Origin: Xanthomonas sp.
Lineage (GTDB): Bacteria > Pseudomonadota > Gammaproteobacteria > Xanthomonadales > Xanthomonadaceae
Assembly (NCBI GenBank): GCA_018262705.1
Contig: JADFDQ010000002.1
Location: forward strand, 239,248-303,247
Length of the DNA stretch: 64,000 bases
Direction of reading: 5' to 3'
The translations under genes were made by a program, and so were the position numbers. This document shows, one piece after another, positions 20,037-30,628 of the stretch. The notes under the pieces were generated by a model. The model saw nothing but the letters and a program-made list of their open reading frames with translations. It did not search any database and had not been told where the DNA came from. Position 1 is the first letter of the stretch. Every line of letters begins with the position of its first letter.

Positions 20037-22127
20037 TCACTTCCAGGTGTGCATCTTCAGCCAATCGAACACGGTCCGATGCCAGAGCAGGCTGTTGGCC
20101 GGCTTGAGCACCCAGTGGTTCTCGTCCGGGAAGTACAGGAACTTCGACTCGACGCCGCGGCGCTGGGCCGCGGTGAAGGCCGCGATGCCCTGTTCGACCG
20201 GAATCCTGAAATCCTGCTGGCCGTGGATGATCAGGATCGGCGACCGCCAGTCCTTGACGTGATTGGCGGGATTGAAGCGCTGGTAGCCTTCCGGATTGTC
20301 ATACGGCGTGCCGCCGTTTTCCCAGTCGGAGAACCACAGCTCTTCGGTCGCATAGCCCATCATGAAATTGTCGAACACGCCGTCGTGGGCGACGATGCAC
20401 TTCCACGGCGAGCTTCCATTGGAATTGAACCAGTTGCCGGCGATCCAGTAGGCCATGAAGCCGCCGTAGCTGGCGCCGAGCGCGCAGGCGCGGTTGCCGT
20501 CGAGGAAGGCGTACTTCGCCTGTGCGGCCTCCCAGCCCCGCTTCAGGTCTTCCAGCGGACGGTCGCCCCAGTGCCCGCTGATCGCATCGGTGAACGCCTG
20601 CCCGTAGCCGGTGCTGCCGTGGAAATCGACCATCACCACCGCATAGCCCTGCCCCGCATAAGTTTGCGGATTCCAGCGGTAGCTCCAACCATCGCCGAAG
20701 CTGCCCTGCGGGCCGCCGTGGATCAGGAAGGCGACCGGATACGTCTTGCCGGGCTCATAGTTCCACGGCTTGAGCACGTAGCCGTGCACGGTTTCGTTGT
20801 TCCAGCCGGTGAAGCTGAACTGTTCGTACTCGCCCCAGCCGACGCTGGGCAGCATGTCCTGCGCGCTTGGGGTGATCTGCCGCAGCGGCGCGGCGCCGTC
20901 CGGACTGGTGACGTAGAGCACGTCGCCGCTGCGCATCGAATTGCGGGAAACGGCCAGCGTCGGACCGGCCAGTTGCACGGAGGACACGCTGCCGTCGCCG
21001 ACGATGCGATGTACTGCACCGGTCGCGATATCGACCGTGAACAGCGGATGCTGGCCCATGTCTTCGGCGGTGGTGTAGATCGACGTGCCATCGGTCGACA
21101 GGGTGATGCCGTCGGCGCTGCGGTCCCAGCTCGGATCGATCTCGCGGATCGCACCGGAAGCCAGGTCCATCGCCATCAGGCCAAAGCGATCGGCTTCGAA
21201 ACCGGGGCGCTTCATCGCCCGGTAGTACAAGGTTTTGCCGTCGGCGGAGAACACCGGGCCGGCATCCCAGGCCATGTTGGCGGCCGTCAGGTTGCGTGCG
21301 CCGCTGCCGTCGGCATTCACCAGCCAAATGTCGAAATTGGTGCTCCACGGCTCCTCGCGGTTGGCCTGACGCACGCTCATCGCCACCGTCTTGCCGTCCG
21401 GCGACCACGCGAAATCCGACAGGTCGCCGAAGGGTTTAGAAGGAATGTCGCCAACGATCCCGCCGCTGAGCAGGGCGGCCGTGGTCAGCGGCGCATCGCC
21501 ACCGAGCGTGGCCGCGAACACGCGGTTCAATCGGCCGTCGGCCCAGGTGTCCCAGTGGCGGATGAACATGCGATCGAAGGTGACGCCGCTGGCCTTGCGC
21601 GCCGCGTCGGCATCGAACCGCTTCTTGGTGCAGTCGAGGTCGGCATTGCACTCCGGGAAGGTGGCAAACGCCAGCGCCACCCGGCGGCCGTCCGGCGAGA
21701 GTTTGTAGCCATCCACGTCAACCGGGAAATTGCTGAGCTGGCGCGGCTCACCGCCCTCGGACGGCATCGCGTAGAGCTGGCTGGAGCCGGATTTTCCGCT
21801 CAGGAAATAGAGGGTCTTGCCGTCGGGAGAGAACGCCGGCGAATTGACGTTCCAGCCGTCCGGGCTGATCTGGTTCGGCGGCACGTAGTCGCGAGTGACC
21901 AGATTGCGCATCCACAGCGAGGTGCTGGCCTTGTTGCTCGCCCGGTCGATCACGCGCTTGGAAAACACCAGCGTGCGCCCGTCCGGCGACAGCGTCGGAG
22001 CCGAATAGCGATCCAGATAGATCATTTCCTCGGGGCTCAGGCCGTGGCGGGCCGGAGTGGCAGCACCGGCAACCGCCGGCAGCGACAGCGCGAGCGCAAG
22101 GGGAAGGAGTGCGTGATGAAGTTTCAT
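20037..22127 (-). CDS. Secreted S9 family (dipeptidyl/acylaminoacyl) peptidase
   Basis: Signal peptide, beta-propeller repeats, IHGGPQ, GASYGG nucleophile, DFRI, DENH. Confidence 0.92.
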   Translation of the reverse strand: MKLHHALLPLALALSLPAVAGAATPARHGLSPEEMIYLDRYSAPTLSPDGRTLVFSKRVIDRASNKASTSLWMRNLVTRDYVPPNQISPDGWNVNSPAFSPDGKTLYFLSGKSGSSQLYAMPSEGGEPRQLSNFPVDVDGYKLSPDGRRVALAFATFPECNADLDCTKKRFDADAARKASGVTFDRMFIRHWDTWADGRLNRVFAATLGGDAPLTTAALLSGGIVGDIPSKPFGDLSDFAWSPDGKTVAMSVRQANREEPWSTNFDIWLVNADGSGARNLTAANMAWDAGPVFSADGKTLYYRAMKRPGFEADRFGLMAMDLASGAIREIDPSWDRSADGITLSTDGTSIYTTAEDMGQHPLFTVDIATGAVHRIVGDGSVSSVQLAGPTLAVSRNSMRSGDVLYVTSPDGAAPLRQITPSAQDMLPSVGWGEYEQFSFTGWNNETVHGYVLKPWNYEPGKTYPVAFLIHGGPQGSFGDGWSYRWNPQTYAGQGYAVVMVDFHGSTGYGQAFTDAISGHWGDRPLEDLKRGWEAAQAKYAFLDGNRACALGASYGGFMAYWIAGNWFNSNGSSPWKCIVAHDGVFDNFMMGYATEELWFSDWENGGTPYDNPEGYQRFNPANHVKDWRSPILIIHGQQDFRIPVEQGIAAFTAAQRRGVESKFLYFPDENHWVLKPANSLLWHRTVFDWLKMHTWK

Positions 22128-22181
22128 GGTGATGTCCTTTCGTGGAGTCGTGGCTCTCCAACGAGGGAAAGCCCTTAAAGA

Positions 22182-24152
22182 TCAGCTGTGCGGATTGGCC
22201 TTTGCGCCGGTGCGGTAGAGCAGCCAACCGACCACGGCCAACACTGCCAGCCCAACCCATTTGCCCTGCTGCAACGCTTCCGGCAGCGCGATCACGTCGG
22301 CGCGTCCGGAAACCACGATCGGGATCGCGATCAGGATGCCCATCAGCGCCTCGCCGGTGATCAGGCCGGCCGCGAACAACGTGCCGGGACGATGCAGGCG
22401 ATCGCGCGCGGATTCGTCCTTGCTGCCGACCATGCCGTGACGCTTTTCCACCAGATAGGCCAGCAAGCCGCCGAGGAATATCGGCACCATCAATTCCAGC
22501 GGCAGGTAGATGCCGATCGCCGCCGCCAGCACCGGCACCCGGAAGCTGCTGGCTTTCGCCTTCAGCCATTCGTCGAGGGCGATGATGCCGGCACCAACCG
22601 CCGCGCCGATGGCAATGATCGTCCACGGCAATTCGCCGCCGAACATGCCCTTGGCCACCGACGCCATCAAGGTGGCCTGCGGTGCCGACAGTGCGTTGGG
22701 ATGTTCGGCCGTGGGCGCGCCGATGCCGTAGGCCTGTGCCAGCAGGCTGAGCACCGGCGCCATGATCAGGGCGCAGGAAAACGCGCCGATGCCGAGCATC
22801 AGCTGCTGCTTCCACGGCGTCGCGCCGACGATATAGCCGGCCTTGAGGTCCTGCAGGTTGTCGCCACCGACCGCCGCCGCGCAGCACACCACCGCGCCGA
22901 TCATGATCGCCGCCACCGCGCCCAGCGGCGCGCCGTGCACGCCCACCGCCTGCTTGCCCGCCTCGCCCAACAGCACCAGCAAGACCGCCGAAGCGAACAG
23001 GATGGTGGCGATCGTGATGCCCGACACCGGGTTGTTCGACGAACCGACCAGGCCGGCCAGATAGGCCGACACCGACACGAACAAAAAACCTGCCACGATC
23101 ATGATGATCGTCATCGGGATGCTGACGTGCCACATGCCGACGATGGCCTGGTACAGGCCCAGCAGCGGCAGCACGAACACCAGCAGCGCCACCAGCATCC
23201 ACTTCATCGGCAGGTCGCGCTCGGTCTCCGCCACCTCCTCGCCACTGCCCTTGCGCGCAGCTGCAATGCCGCTCTTGACGCCCGACAGCAGCGATTTGCG
23301 CAGCGAGAACAGCGTCCAAACGCCGCCGATCAGCATCGCGCCGACGCCGAGGTAGCGGATCTTGGCCGACCAGATCGCACCGGCAATATCGGCAGCGCTC
23401 GCATTCGCAATTGACGCCGCCAGCGCCGGATCGCTATCCATGAAAAAGGCGTGGTAAATCGGGATGGCGATGTGCCAGGACAGGATCGAACCGGAGACAA
23501 CGACAATGCCGATGTTCAGCCCGACGATATAGCCCACGCCCAGCAGCGCCGGCGACAGGTTGGTGCCGAGATAGCCCAGATACTTGCCGAAGAAGCCGGC
23601 ACCGGCGGCGGTGTCCGGAATCAGGCGCATGCCGCTGGCCGCGGCCGCCTTGATGAAGCCGCCCAGCGCCGCGGAAAAGGCGAGGATCTTCAAGCCCGGG
23701 CCGGGGTTTTCGCCGGCCTTGAGCACTTCCGCCGCCGCCTTGCCCTCGGGAAACGGCAGCGGCTCTTCGACAATCATGGAACGCCGCAGCGGCACCGAGA
23801 ACAGCACGCCCAGCAGCCCGCCGAGCCCGGCGATCGCCAGCACCCACAAATATTCGAAGTCCTGCCAGTAGCCCAGGATGATCAGCGCGGGAATGGTGAA
23901 AATCACCCCCGCCGCAATCGAAGACCCGGCCGACGCGCCGGTCTGGACGATGTTGTTTTCCAGAATGCTGCCGCCGCCGAGCAGCCGCAGCACGCCCATC
24001 GACACCACGGCGGCGGGAATGGCGGTGGCGATGGTCAGGCCGGCGAACAGGCCGAGATAGGCGTTCGCTGCGGAAAGGATGACGGCCAGAATGATGGCCA
24101 GAATGACCGCGCGCAACGTCAGCTGCGGCACCTGCGACACCGAACTTGCCAT
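22182..24152 (-). CDS. OPT family oligopeptide transporter
   Basis: QLTLRA, ENNIVQT, FPEG, SSNNPVSG, DNLQDLKAG, PQATLMA; start placed at ATG 24152. Confidence 0.92.
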   Translation of the reverse strand: MASSVSQVPQLTLRAVILAIILAVILSAANAYLGLFAGLTIATAIPAAVVSMGVLRLLGGGSILENNIVQTGASAGSSIAAGVIFTIPALIILGYWQDFEYLWVLAIAGLGGLLGVLFSVPLRRSMIVEEPLPFPEGKAAAEVLKAGENPGPGLKILAFSAALGGFIKAAAASGMRLIPDTAAGAGFFGKYLGYLGTNLSPALLGVGYIVGLNIGIVVVSGSILSWHIAIPIYHAFFMDSDPALAASIANASAADIAGAIWSAKIRYLGVGAMLIGGVWTLFSLRKSLLSGVKSGIAAARKGSGEEVAETERDLPMKWMLVALLVFVLPLLGLYQAIVGMWHVSIPMTIIMIVAGFLFVSVSAYLAGLVGSSNNPVSGITIATILFASAVLLVLLGEAGKQAVGVHGAPLGAVAAIMIGAVVCCAAAVGGDNLQDLKAGYIVGATPWKQQLMLGIGAFSCALIMAPVLSLLAQAYGIGAPTAEHPNALSAPQATLMASVAKGMFGGELPWTIIAIGAAVGAGIIALDEWLKAKASSFRVPVLAAAIGIYLPLELMVPIFLGGLLAYLVEKRHGMVGSKDESARDRLHRPGTLFAAGLITGEALMGILIAIPIVVSGRADVIALPEALQQGKWVGLAVLAVVGWLLYRTGAKANPHS

Positions 24153-24225
24153 CGACCTCTCCGCTGGGATGCAAGCCCTGCACGCTAACGATTGCGGGGG
24201 CGCAAGTCCAGTGCGACGGCAGCGC

Positions 24226-25509
24226 TCACGGACTCCGACCCACCTCGCGCATGCCGATATCGGCTGCGCGGCGGAATGCACTGGCCACCCGGTCACATTC
24301 TCGCACCGGCACGCCCAGCCCTTCGTAGATGTCACGCCAGCCGCGCACGGTGCGCACAATGCGATCAATGATCCGCACCGCATCCGGCGGCAGCAAACCG
24401 AAACGCCCCGCTCCGGCCAGTGCATTGTCCAGTCGCGCCAACCGCCCCTGCGGCCCAATCGACAGGTGCAGCATGCGCTGTTGCGCCGCCTGCGGTTTCG
24501 GGACCACGTCGTAGAGCGGGCTCAGCCGCCAGCCTCCGCCTTTCGCATCGAAGAGAAAAGCGTGATTGCGCAGATGGTCGTCGTTATTGGACACGAGAAC
24601 GTTGAACACCATCCGCGCGAACAGTTCCCTGCGATCAGTCGCGATCCAGCCACTCACGCCATACACTCCAATTGCATCTGCAATCGCCGCATAACTGGAA
24701 TCCGGCGAATCCTGCTCGCGCAAGGCCAGCAGCGTAAGCGCGCTGACCATGTGGCGACGCCCCGTGCCGCAGGCCAGCGGCTCACGGTCGAAACGTTCGA
24801 TCAGCATCACCTGTCGCCCGTCAACCAACGTCTCCATGCGCGTGCGCGGTACGACCAAACCCGCCTCGCGCGCCAGCTCCAGGGTGGCCCGCTCGATCAG
24901 AGGCACGTTGAATGGATCGCCCTTGGCGGGAAACTTGGCAATCCACTCACCATCATCAACCGTGACCACCGCCTTCGGCCGCGCTCCCCCCACGGAAGGC
25001 CCAGCCGCGAAAAAGACATCCAAATGCGCCGGCACCGGCTCGCCTTCCTCGACGCGCGCCGCGGCATCCAGCAAATGCCGCAAATCGACAAGCGCCGGTA
25101 GCGCGCCATCCGCCGGCGGGCTGGTCGGCAACCCGCGCACGTCCAGCGCACCGGCACGATACGGACCGGTATGATCCAGATAGACGGATTCCGGCAACCC
25201 GTTCGGCGGAGCATGCAAACGGTTTTCGATGACTCGCCGCCCCCAGGCATCGGGCGCCGCATCGCGCAGCGCCCCGAACATCGCCAACCCAGCCGCGGGA
25301 AGTCGCTCCTCGCCACCTGCTTCATCCACCAGTGCCAGCGAAACCGGATCGACCGGCAAAGCGTTGGCGCGCGCCACGTAGCGGCGACCATAAGCGAAGG
25401 TTGAAGCCTGCACCTGCAAACCCTGCTCGATCATCGTCAGGCGCCCCGCCGGGACGGCCTCCGTTTCGCCGGGCAGATGAATGAAGACGGTTCGCTCGAC
25501 CACGTTCAA
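24226..25509 (-). CDS. HipA-family serine/threonine kinase toxin
   Basis: SVGGARPK loop, AKFP, NNDDHLRNH, LSPLYDV; 4-nt overlap with upstream HTH gene. Confidence 0.88.
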   Translation of the reverse strand: MNVVERTVFIHLPGETEAVPAGRLTMIEQGLQVQASTFAYGRRYVARANALPVDPVSLALVDEAGGEERLPAAGLAMFGALRDAAPDAWGRRVIENRLHAPPNGLPESVYLDHTGPYRAGALDVRGLPTSPPADGALPALVDLRHLLDAAARVEEGEPVPAHLDVFFAAGPSVGGARPKAVVTVDDGEWIAKFPAKGDPFNVPLIERATLELAREAGLVVPRTRMETLVDGRQVMLIERFDREPLACGTGRRHMVSALTLLALREQDSPDSSYAAIADAIGVYGVSGWIATDRRELFARMVFNVLVSNNDDHLRNHAFLFDAKGGGWRLSPLYDVVPKPQAAQQRMLHLSIGPQGRLARLDNALAGAGRFGLLPPDAVRIIDRIVRTVRGWRDIYEGLGVPVRECDRVASAFRRAADIGMREVGRSP

Positions 25510-25829
25510 AAGTCCAGATCGTCCCGCCGACGAGAACGCGCGCGCTGTGCCCGCGTTGCGTCCAACACGGAGGCGGACGCCGGATCACGCAGTGCATCGA
25601 ACAGGGGCAATAGATTCAAGCTCTCGAACACCGCCAGCCAACCGCCCAGCGAAACCTCAACCGCACCGCCCTCCATGCGCTTCAACGTCGCCAGGCTGAT
25701 GCGCGCACGTTCCGCCAAGCCGTGCTGTGTCCACGCGCGCGCCAAGCGGGCCTGGCGAACCAGACTCCCAAGGTGGGCCGCCGCCTTCGCAGTCGCGGGC
25801 GTGGCGAAGTCAATCTCCTTACGGCGCAT
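25506..25829 (-). CDS. XRE-type HTH antitoxin (HipB-like)
   Basis: RQARLARAWTQHGLAERARISLATLKRME HTH; directly upstream of hipA-like gene. Confidence 0.82.
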   Translation of the reverse strand: MRRKEIDFATPATAKAAAHLGSLVRQARLARAWTQHGLAERARISLATLKRMEGGAVEVSLGGWLAVFESLNLLPLFDALRDPASASVLDATRAQRARSRRRDDLDF

Positions 25830-25996
25830 GGCTCATATATAAACTATTAAGCTTACAACAGCTTGTTTTAGACCTATATAGCCCACTTGGAATGCATCGT
25901 CAACAAGTGCCAGTGCCTGAAGATTGGTGGACCTTCAATTCTCTTTCGTGCCACGCCAGATGCATAGTAGGCGCCACTCCACCCTAGGCCACACCA

Positions 25997-27760
25997 TTGA
26001 CCGCAACTGCCCGCGCCCTGCCCGCCCGCGAGGATTTCCTCGGCCACCCCAAGGGCGTTTACGTGTGCTTCTTCACCGAGATGTGGGAGCGTTTCTCGTT
26101 CTACGGGATGAAGGCGCTGCTGCTGCTCTATCTGATCAAGCACCATCGCTTCAGCGACGCCTCCGGGCTGGACCTGCTGGGCGCTTACGGCGGGCTGGTC
26201 TATTGCATCCCGGTGTTCGGCGGGCTGCTGGCCGACCGCTGGCTGGGAATGCGCAAGGCGGTGACGTTTGGCGGTATCCTGCTGGTGCTCGGGCATCTGG
26301 GAATGGCCGTCGAGGGCCACGACGCAACCCTTGTGAACGGGCAGGTGGTGCGCGACGCGGGCGCGCTCAACGCCATGTACCTCTCGCTGGCGCTGATCAT
26401 CATGGGCGTGGGTTTCCTCAAGCCCAACATTTCGACCATCGTCGGCAAGCTCTACGCCGACAACGATCCGCGTCGCGACTCCGGGTTTTCGCTGTTCTAC
26501 GCCGGCATCAACCTCGGCGCGCTGTTCGCCTCGCTGGTGTGCGGCTATGTCGGCGAGACCTGGGGCTGGAAGTACGGTTTCGGCGCCGCAGGCGTGGGCA
26601 TGGTGATCGGGCTGGCGATGTTCCTGTGGGGTCAGAAGTACCTGCATGGCCACGCCGAACCGACGCGCCCGGAAACCCTGCGCGAGCGCGTGCTGGGCTT
26701 GCCGCGCGAATGGCTGATCTATGCGATTGCCGCGCTGGGGGTGCTGCCGGTGGCGTGGCTGATGTGGGCCGCCGCCAACGGCGCCTTCGCGCTCGGCGGC
26801 GAGGTGTCGCTGGCGCTGCTGTTGATGATCGTGGTGATGGGCGCGGTGCTGCTGTGGTTCGGCTGGTTCGTCGGCGCGCGCTGCACGCCGGTCCAGCGCC
26901 AGCAGATGCTGGCGATGATGGCGATGATCTTCATGGCGCTGGTGTTCTTCACCCTGTACGAGCAGACCTACGGCTCGTGGGTGACGTTCACCGACCGCCT
27001 GCTGACCAAGGACATCGTGCCGGCAATGGTGATCCGGCAAGGCACGCCGTGGCCGTGGTCGGCGCTGTCGCTGCTGCTGGCGCCGCTGGCGTTCTTCCTC
27101 GCCGCGCGGATGTCCGACCGCAACCCGGATTCAAACGCGCCGCGCGCGCTGTTCCTCGTCGCCAGCGTCGTCATCCTCGTTCTGCTGATCCGCGACTGCG
27201 TGGCGCTGCCGCAGACCGCCGGCTCGCTGACCTATCTTGGCGCGTTCTTCCTGGTTGCGCTGGCGCCGCTGTTCACCGCGCTCTGGGGCTGGCTGGACAA
27301 GCGCGGAGCCGATCCGTCCAAACCGATCAAAACGGCGGTCGGCCTGCTGTTCGGCGGGCTGTCCTTCATCCCGATGGCGCTGGCCGCGCAGCAGGTCGGC
27401 GCCACCGGCGCGATGGCCAGCGTGTGGTGGTTGGTGCTGGCCTATCTTGTCCTTGAAATCGGCGAAATGTGCCTGTCGCCAGTCGGTCTGTCTGCAGTGA
27501 CCCAGCTTGCGGTGCCACGGGTGGTCAGCCTGATGATGGGCACCTGGTTTCTCGCCACCGCATTTTCGGAGACGCTGGCGGCGCTGTTCGGCAAGTTGGC
27601 GGCGATCGACGTTCCCGAAGGCGAGGCGCTGGATCTGGTCGCCGCGTCTGCAAAATACGCCCACTTGTTCTGGCTCTTGATGTGGGTCGGGATCGGCTGC
27701 GCGCTGCTCGCTTTCCTGGTCGCGCCGCTGCTCAAGCGGATGATGCATGGCGTGAAGTGA
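25997..27760 (+). CDS. POT/PTR family di-/tripeptide:H+ symporter
   Basis: GHPKG, EMWERFSFYG (ExxERFxYY motif), KPNIS, FYAGINLG; TTG start. Confidence 0.92.
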   Translation: MTATARALPAREDFLGHPKGVYVCFFTEMWERFSFYGMKALLLLYLIKHHRFSDASGLDLLGAYGGLVYCIPVFGGLLADRWLGMRKAVTFGGILLVLGHLGMAVEGHDATLVNGQVVRDAGALNAMYLSLALIIMGVGFLKPNISTIVGKLYADNDPRRDSGFSLFYAGINLGALFASLVCGYVGETWGWKYGFGAAGVGMVIGLAMFLWGQKYLHGHAEPTRPETLRERVLGLPREWLIYAIAALGVLPVAWLMWAAANGAFALGGEVSLALLLMIVVMGAVLLWFGWFVGARCTPVQRQQMLAMMAMIFMALVFFTLYEQTYGSWVTFTDRLLTKDIVPAMVIRQGTPWPWSALSLLLAPLAFFLAARMSDRNPDSNAPRALFLVASVVILVLLIRDCVALPQTAGSLTYLGAFFLVALAPLFTALWGWLDKRGADPSKPIKTAVGLLFGGLSFIPMALAAQQVGATGAMASVWWLVLAYLVLEIGEMCLSPVGLSAVTQLAVPRVVSLMMGTWFLATAFSETLAALFGKLAAIDVPEGEALDLVAASAKYAHLFWLLMWVGIGCALLAFLVAPLLKRMMHGVK

Positions 27761-27834
27761 GGCTGAACCGCAGCCGCAGCCCGAACGTCATGCGCTGATA
27801 CACTCTGGACTTTGACCGCCACGAGTCCTGTCGT

Positions 27835-29838
27835 ATGCCAACACTGCGCCCGCTCGCCCTCGCACTTGCCGCCACCCTCGCCGCATCGCTTGCTGCTCCC
27901 GCCAGCCATGCCGCCAAGAAGCCGGCACACGCCAGAAGGCCCGCGGCCGCCTGCAACGATTTTTTCGCTGAAGCCAACAAGGGTTGGCTGGCTGCCAGCC
28001 CGATGCCGGCCAGCGGAGCAACCTCGGCCTTGGGCGAATTGGCGACACGCGCGCTGGCGCAACAAAAGACGTTGCTGGACCGGGCGATGCAATCCCCGCA
28101 GAACGACATCCAGCGTCTGCTCGGCGACTTCTGGGCCAGCGGACTGGACGAAGCCGCGGTGGAAACCGACGGCGCCAAGCCGATCGCCCCGCTGCTTTCC
28201 CGCATCGATGCCATCCGCAGCAGCAAGGACGTCGCGCCTGCAATCGCGGCCTTGCATCAGGTCGGCATTCCGGTCGCCTTCCAGTTCGGCGCCGACGTCG
28301 ATCTGCGCGATCTCGGCCGGCATCTGGGCTATTTCAGTCAGGGCGGCATCGGCCTGCCCGACCCGGCCTATTACACCCGCAGCGATGCCGACACCCAAGC
28401 GGTGGTCGCGCGCTACGCCGACTACATTCGCAAGGTTCTCGCCCTGACCGGCGTCCCGCAGAACCAGATCGAGGCCCAGACCGCGCTGGTGCTCGATCTG
28501 GAACGCAAGATTGCGCATGCGGCGCGGCCGCTGGCCGATCTTCGCGACCCGCGCAACAACTTCGCGCCGATCGCCACCTCCGGCTTGGGAAAGCAATACC
28601 GCAACCTGCAGCTGGACGCCTTCCTCAAGGCGCAGGGCATCAGCGACGACACGGTGTCGCTCGCCAATCCCTTGATGTTTGCCGAGATCGACAAACTGGT
28701 CGGCACCCTGAAACCGGCGCAATGGCAGGCGTACCTGCGCTGGCGGGTGGGCGATGCCATGGCGCCTTACCTGTCCAGACCGTGGCGCGAGGCTTCCTTC
28801 GATTTCCGCGGCAAGGTGCTGCACGGACAGGCCGCCGCCGCACCGCGCTGGCTGCAGGTGCTGGACGCCATCAACCTCGCCGCCGGCCCGATGCTCGGTC
28901 GCGAATTCGCCGCCGCGTATCTGCCCGATGCGACCCGCCGGCAGGCCGAGCAGATCGCCCTGCAGGTTCGCGATGCGCTCAAGCGCGCCGTCGCCGGCAG
29001 CGCAGCGTTGGGCGATGCGGCCAAGGCCGAAGCCACGAAAAAGCTGGACCGACTGCGCGTCGAAGTGGGTTTGCCGCCGTACGACATCGATTTTTCCATC
29101 CAGCCGATGGGCCGCGGCAGCTTCGGCAGCAACATGCTGATCGCCTCGACCTGGCGCCATCGGCTGGAAATGCGCCGGATCGGCAAGAACAGCGCCGCGC
29201 GGCGCTGGGACGTGCTGCCGCAGCAGCCGGCGCTGGCCTATGACCTTGCCCAGAATCGCCTGATCGTGACCGCGGCCATGCTGCAGTCGCCGGTGCTGGA
29301 TACGGCGATGCCGGAAGGCAACCGCTACGGCGCCTTTGGCGCGCTGGTCGGGCACGAACTCAGCCATGCCATCGACGACCGTGGCCGCCACGTCGACGCC
29401 GACGGCAACGTGCGCGACTGGTGGAGCGCCAGCGACGCCAGCGCCTGGGAGGCGACCGCCAACGAAGTCGCGGCGCTGTATGGCGCACTACCTTATCCGG
29501 GGTTGTCCGCCGTCAAGGTCAACGGCAGGCTGACCCGAGACGAAAACATCGCCGATCTTGCCGGCGTGGAACTGGCGCTGTCGGCGCTGCAGGCAGCCCA
29601 GCCCAATGCCAACGGCCAGACCCACAAGGCCTTCTTCACCGGCTGGGCGCAGGTTTGGGCGCAGCGCGTGACCCAGAGCGAAGCGCAGATCCGCGCCCAG
29701 CAGGACGTGCGCGCGCCGGGCGAATGGCGCGCCAACGTGCCGCCGATGCAAAGCGCGGCGTTCGGCACGGCATTCGGCTGCCCGGTGGGCACGCCGATGC
29801 AGCCGAAGCCGGAGGACCGAATCCGGATTTTCCGCTGA
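27835..29838 (+). CDS. Secreted M13 family metallopeptidase
   Basis: CNDFF, GHELSH, ENIAD; secondary motifs deviate from canonical M13. Confidence 0.85.
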   Translation: MPTLRPLALALAATLAASLAAPASHAAKKPAHARRPAAACNDFFAEANKGWLAASPMPASGATSALGELATRALAQQKTLLDRAMQSPQNDIQRLLGDFWASGLDEAAVETDGAKPIAPLLSRIDAIRSSKDVAPAIAALHQVGIPVAFQFGADVDLRDLGRHLGYFSQGGIGLPDPAYYTRSDADTQAVVARYADYIRKVLALTGVPQNQIEAQTALVLDLERKIAHAARPLADLRDPRNNFAPIATSGLGKQYRNLQLDAFLKAQGISDDTVSLANPLMFAEIDKLVGTLKPAQWQAYLRWRVGDAMAPYLSRPWREASFDFRGKVLHGQAAAAPRWLQVLDAINLAAGPMLGREFAAAYLPDATRRQAEQIALQVRDALKRAVAGSAALGDAAKAEATKKLDRLRVEVGLPPYDIDFSIQPMGRGSFGSNMLIASTWRHRLEMRRIGKNSAARRWDVLPQQPALAYDLAQNRLIVTAAMLQSPVLDTAMPEGNRYGAFGALVGHELSHAIDDRGRHVDADGNVRDWWSASDASAWEATANEVAALYGALPYPGLSAVKVNGRLTRDENIADLAGVELALSALQAAQPNANGQTHKAFFTGWAQVWAQRVTQSEAQIRAQQDVRAPGEWRANVPPMQSAAFGTAFGCPVGTPMQPKPEDRIRIFR

Positions 29839-29920
29839 GGCGACACGCTGCAGACGCGGGACGACGCGGGAGTCCGCGGATTTCTCTCGACGGAAGAACA
29901 ATCCGCTGCTGTCGCGCGCC

Positions 29921-30586
29921 TCAGCGGACGATGCGGACGTTCGGTCCGCGGCGACCGCCGCCGAACGGCCCCTGCCCGCGCCATCGGCGGATCAGCAGCC
30001 AACCGAACAGCATCCCGCCAAGGTGGGCGAAGTGCGCCACGCCCGGTTGCAGGCCGGTGAACCCCGCACCCAGCTCGAACAGGCCGTACAGGATGACCAG
30101 GGTGCGCGCCTTCATCGGGATCGGCGGGATCAACAGCATCACCCGCTGGTTCGGAAACAGCATGCCGTAGGCGAGCAGCAGCCCGAACACGCCGCCGGAG
30201 GCGCCAATGGTCGGATACGGCGTCGCGCCCTGGGCGACCGCATAGGAGCCGACCAGCAGTTGGCAAATCCCGGCGCCGAGCACGCAGACGAAGAAATAGG
30301 TCGCGAACCGCTTCGGCCCCCAGACGTACTCCAACGGCGCCCCGAACATCACCAGCGCCAGCATGTTGAAGGCCAGATGCCAGAAACTGCCGTGCAGGAA
30401 GGCGTAGCTGAGCAGCTGCCAGGGCATGAACTCGGGCGCCATTCCGGTCGGATCAAAGACCGATCCGTTCCACGGCCACAGCATCAGCGCGATCATGGCC
30501 TCGTTGCCAATCAGCATCTGCAGGCCGTAGCCCACGATGTTGGCGATCAGCAGCGCTTTGGTGATTTTCGGCAGATTGAACGGCAT
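29921..30586 (-). CDS. Rhomboid intramembrane serine protease
   Basis: HLAFNM, GASGG, AHFAHLGG. Confidence 0.92.
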   Translation of the reverse strand: MPFNLPKITKALLIANIVGYGLQMLIGNEAMIALMLWPWNGSVFDPTGMAPEFMPWQLLSYAFLHGSFWHLAFNMLALVMFGAPLEYVWGPKRFATYFFVCVLGAGICQLLVGSYAVAQGATPYPTIGASGGVFGLLLAYGMLFPNQRVMLLIPPIPMKARTLVILYGLFELGAGFTGLQPGVAHFAHLGGMLFGWLLIRRWRGQGPFGGGRRGPNVRIVR

Positions 30587-30628
30587 CCGTGCGGAGTCTC
30601 AATTTCGCTGCATCGCATCATAACCGTT

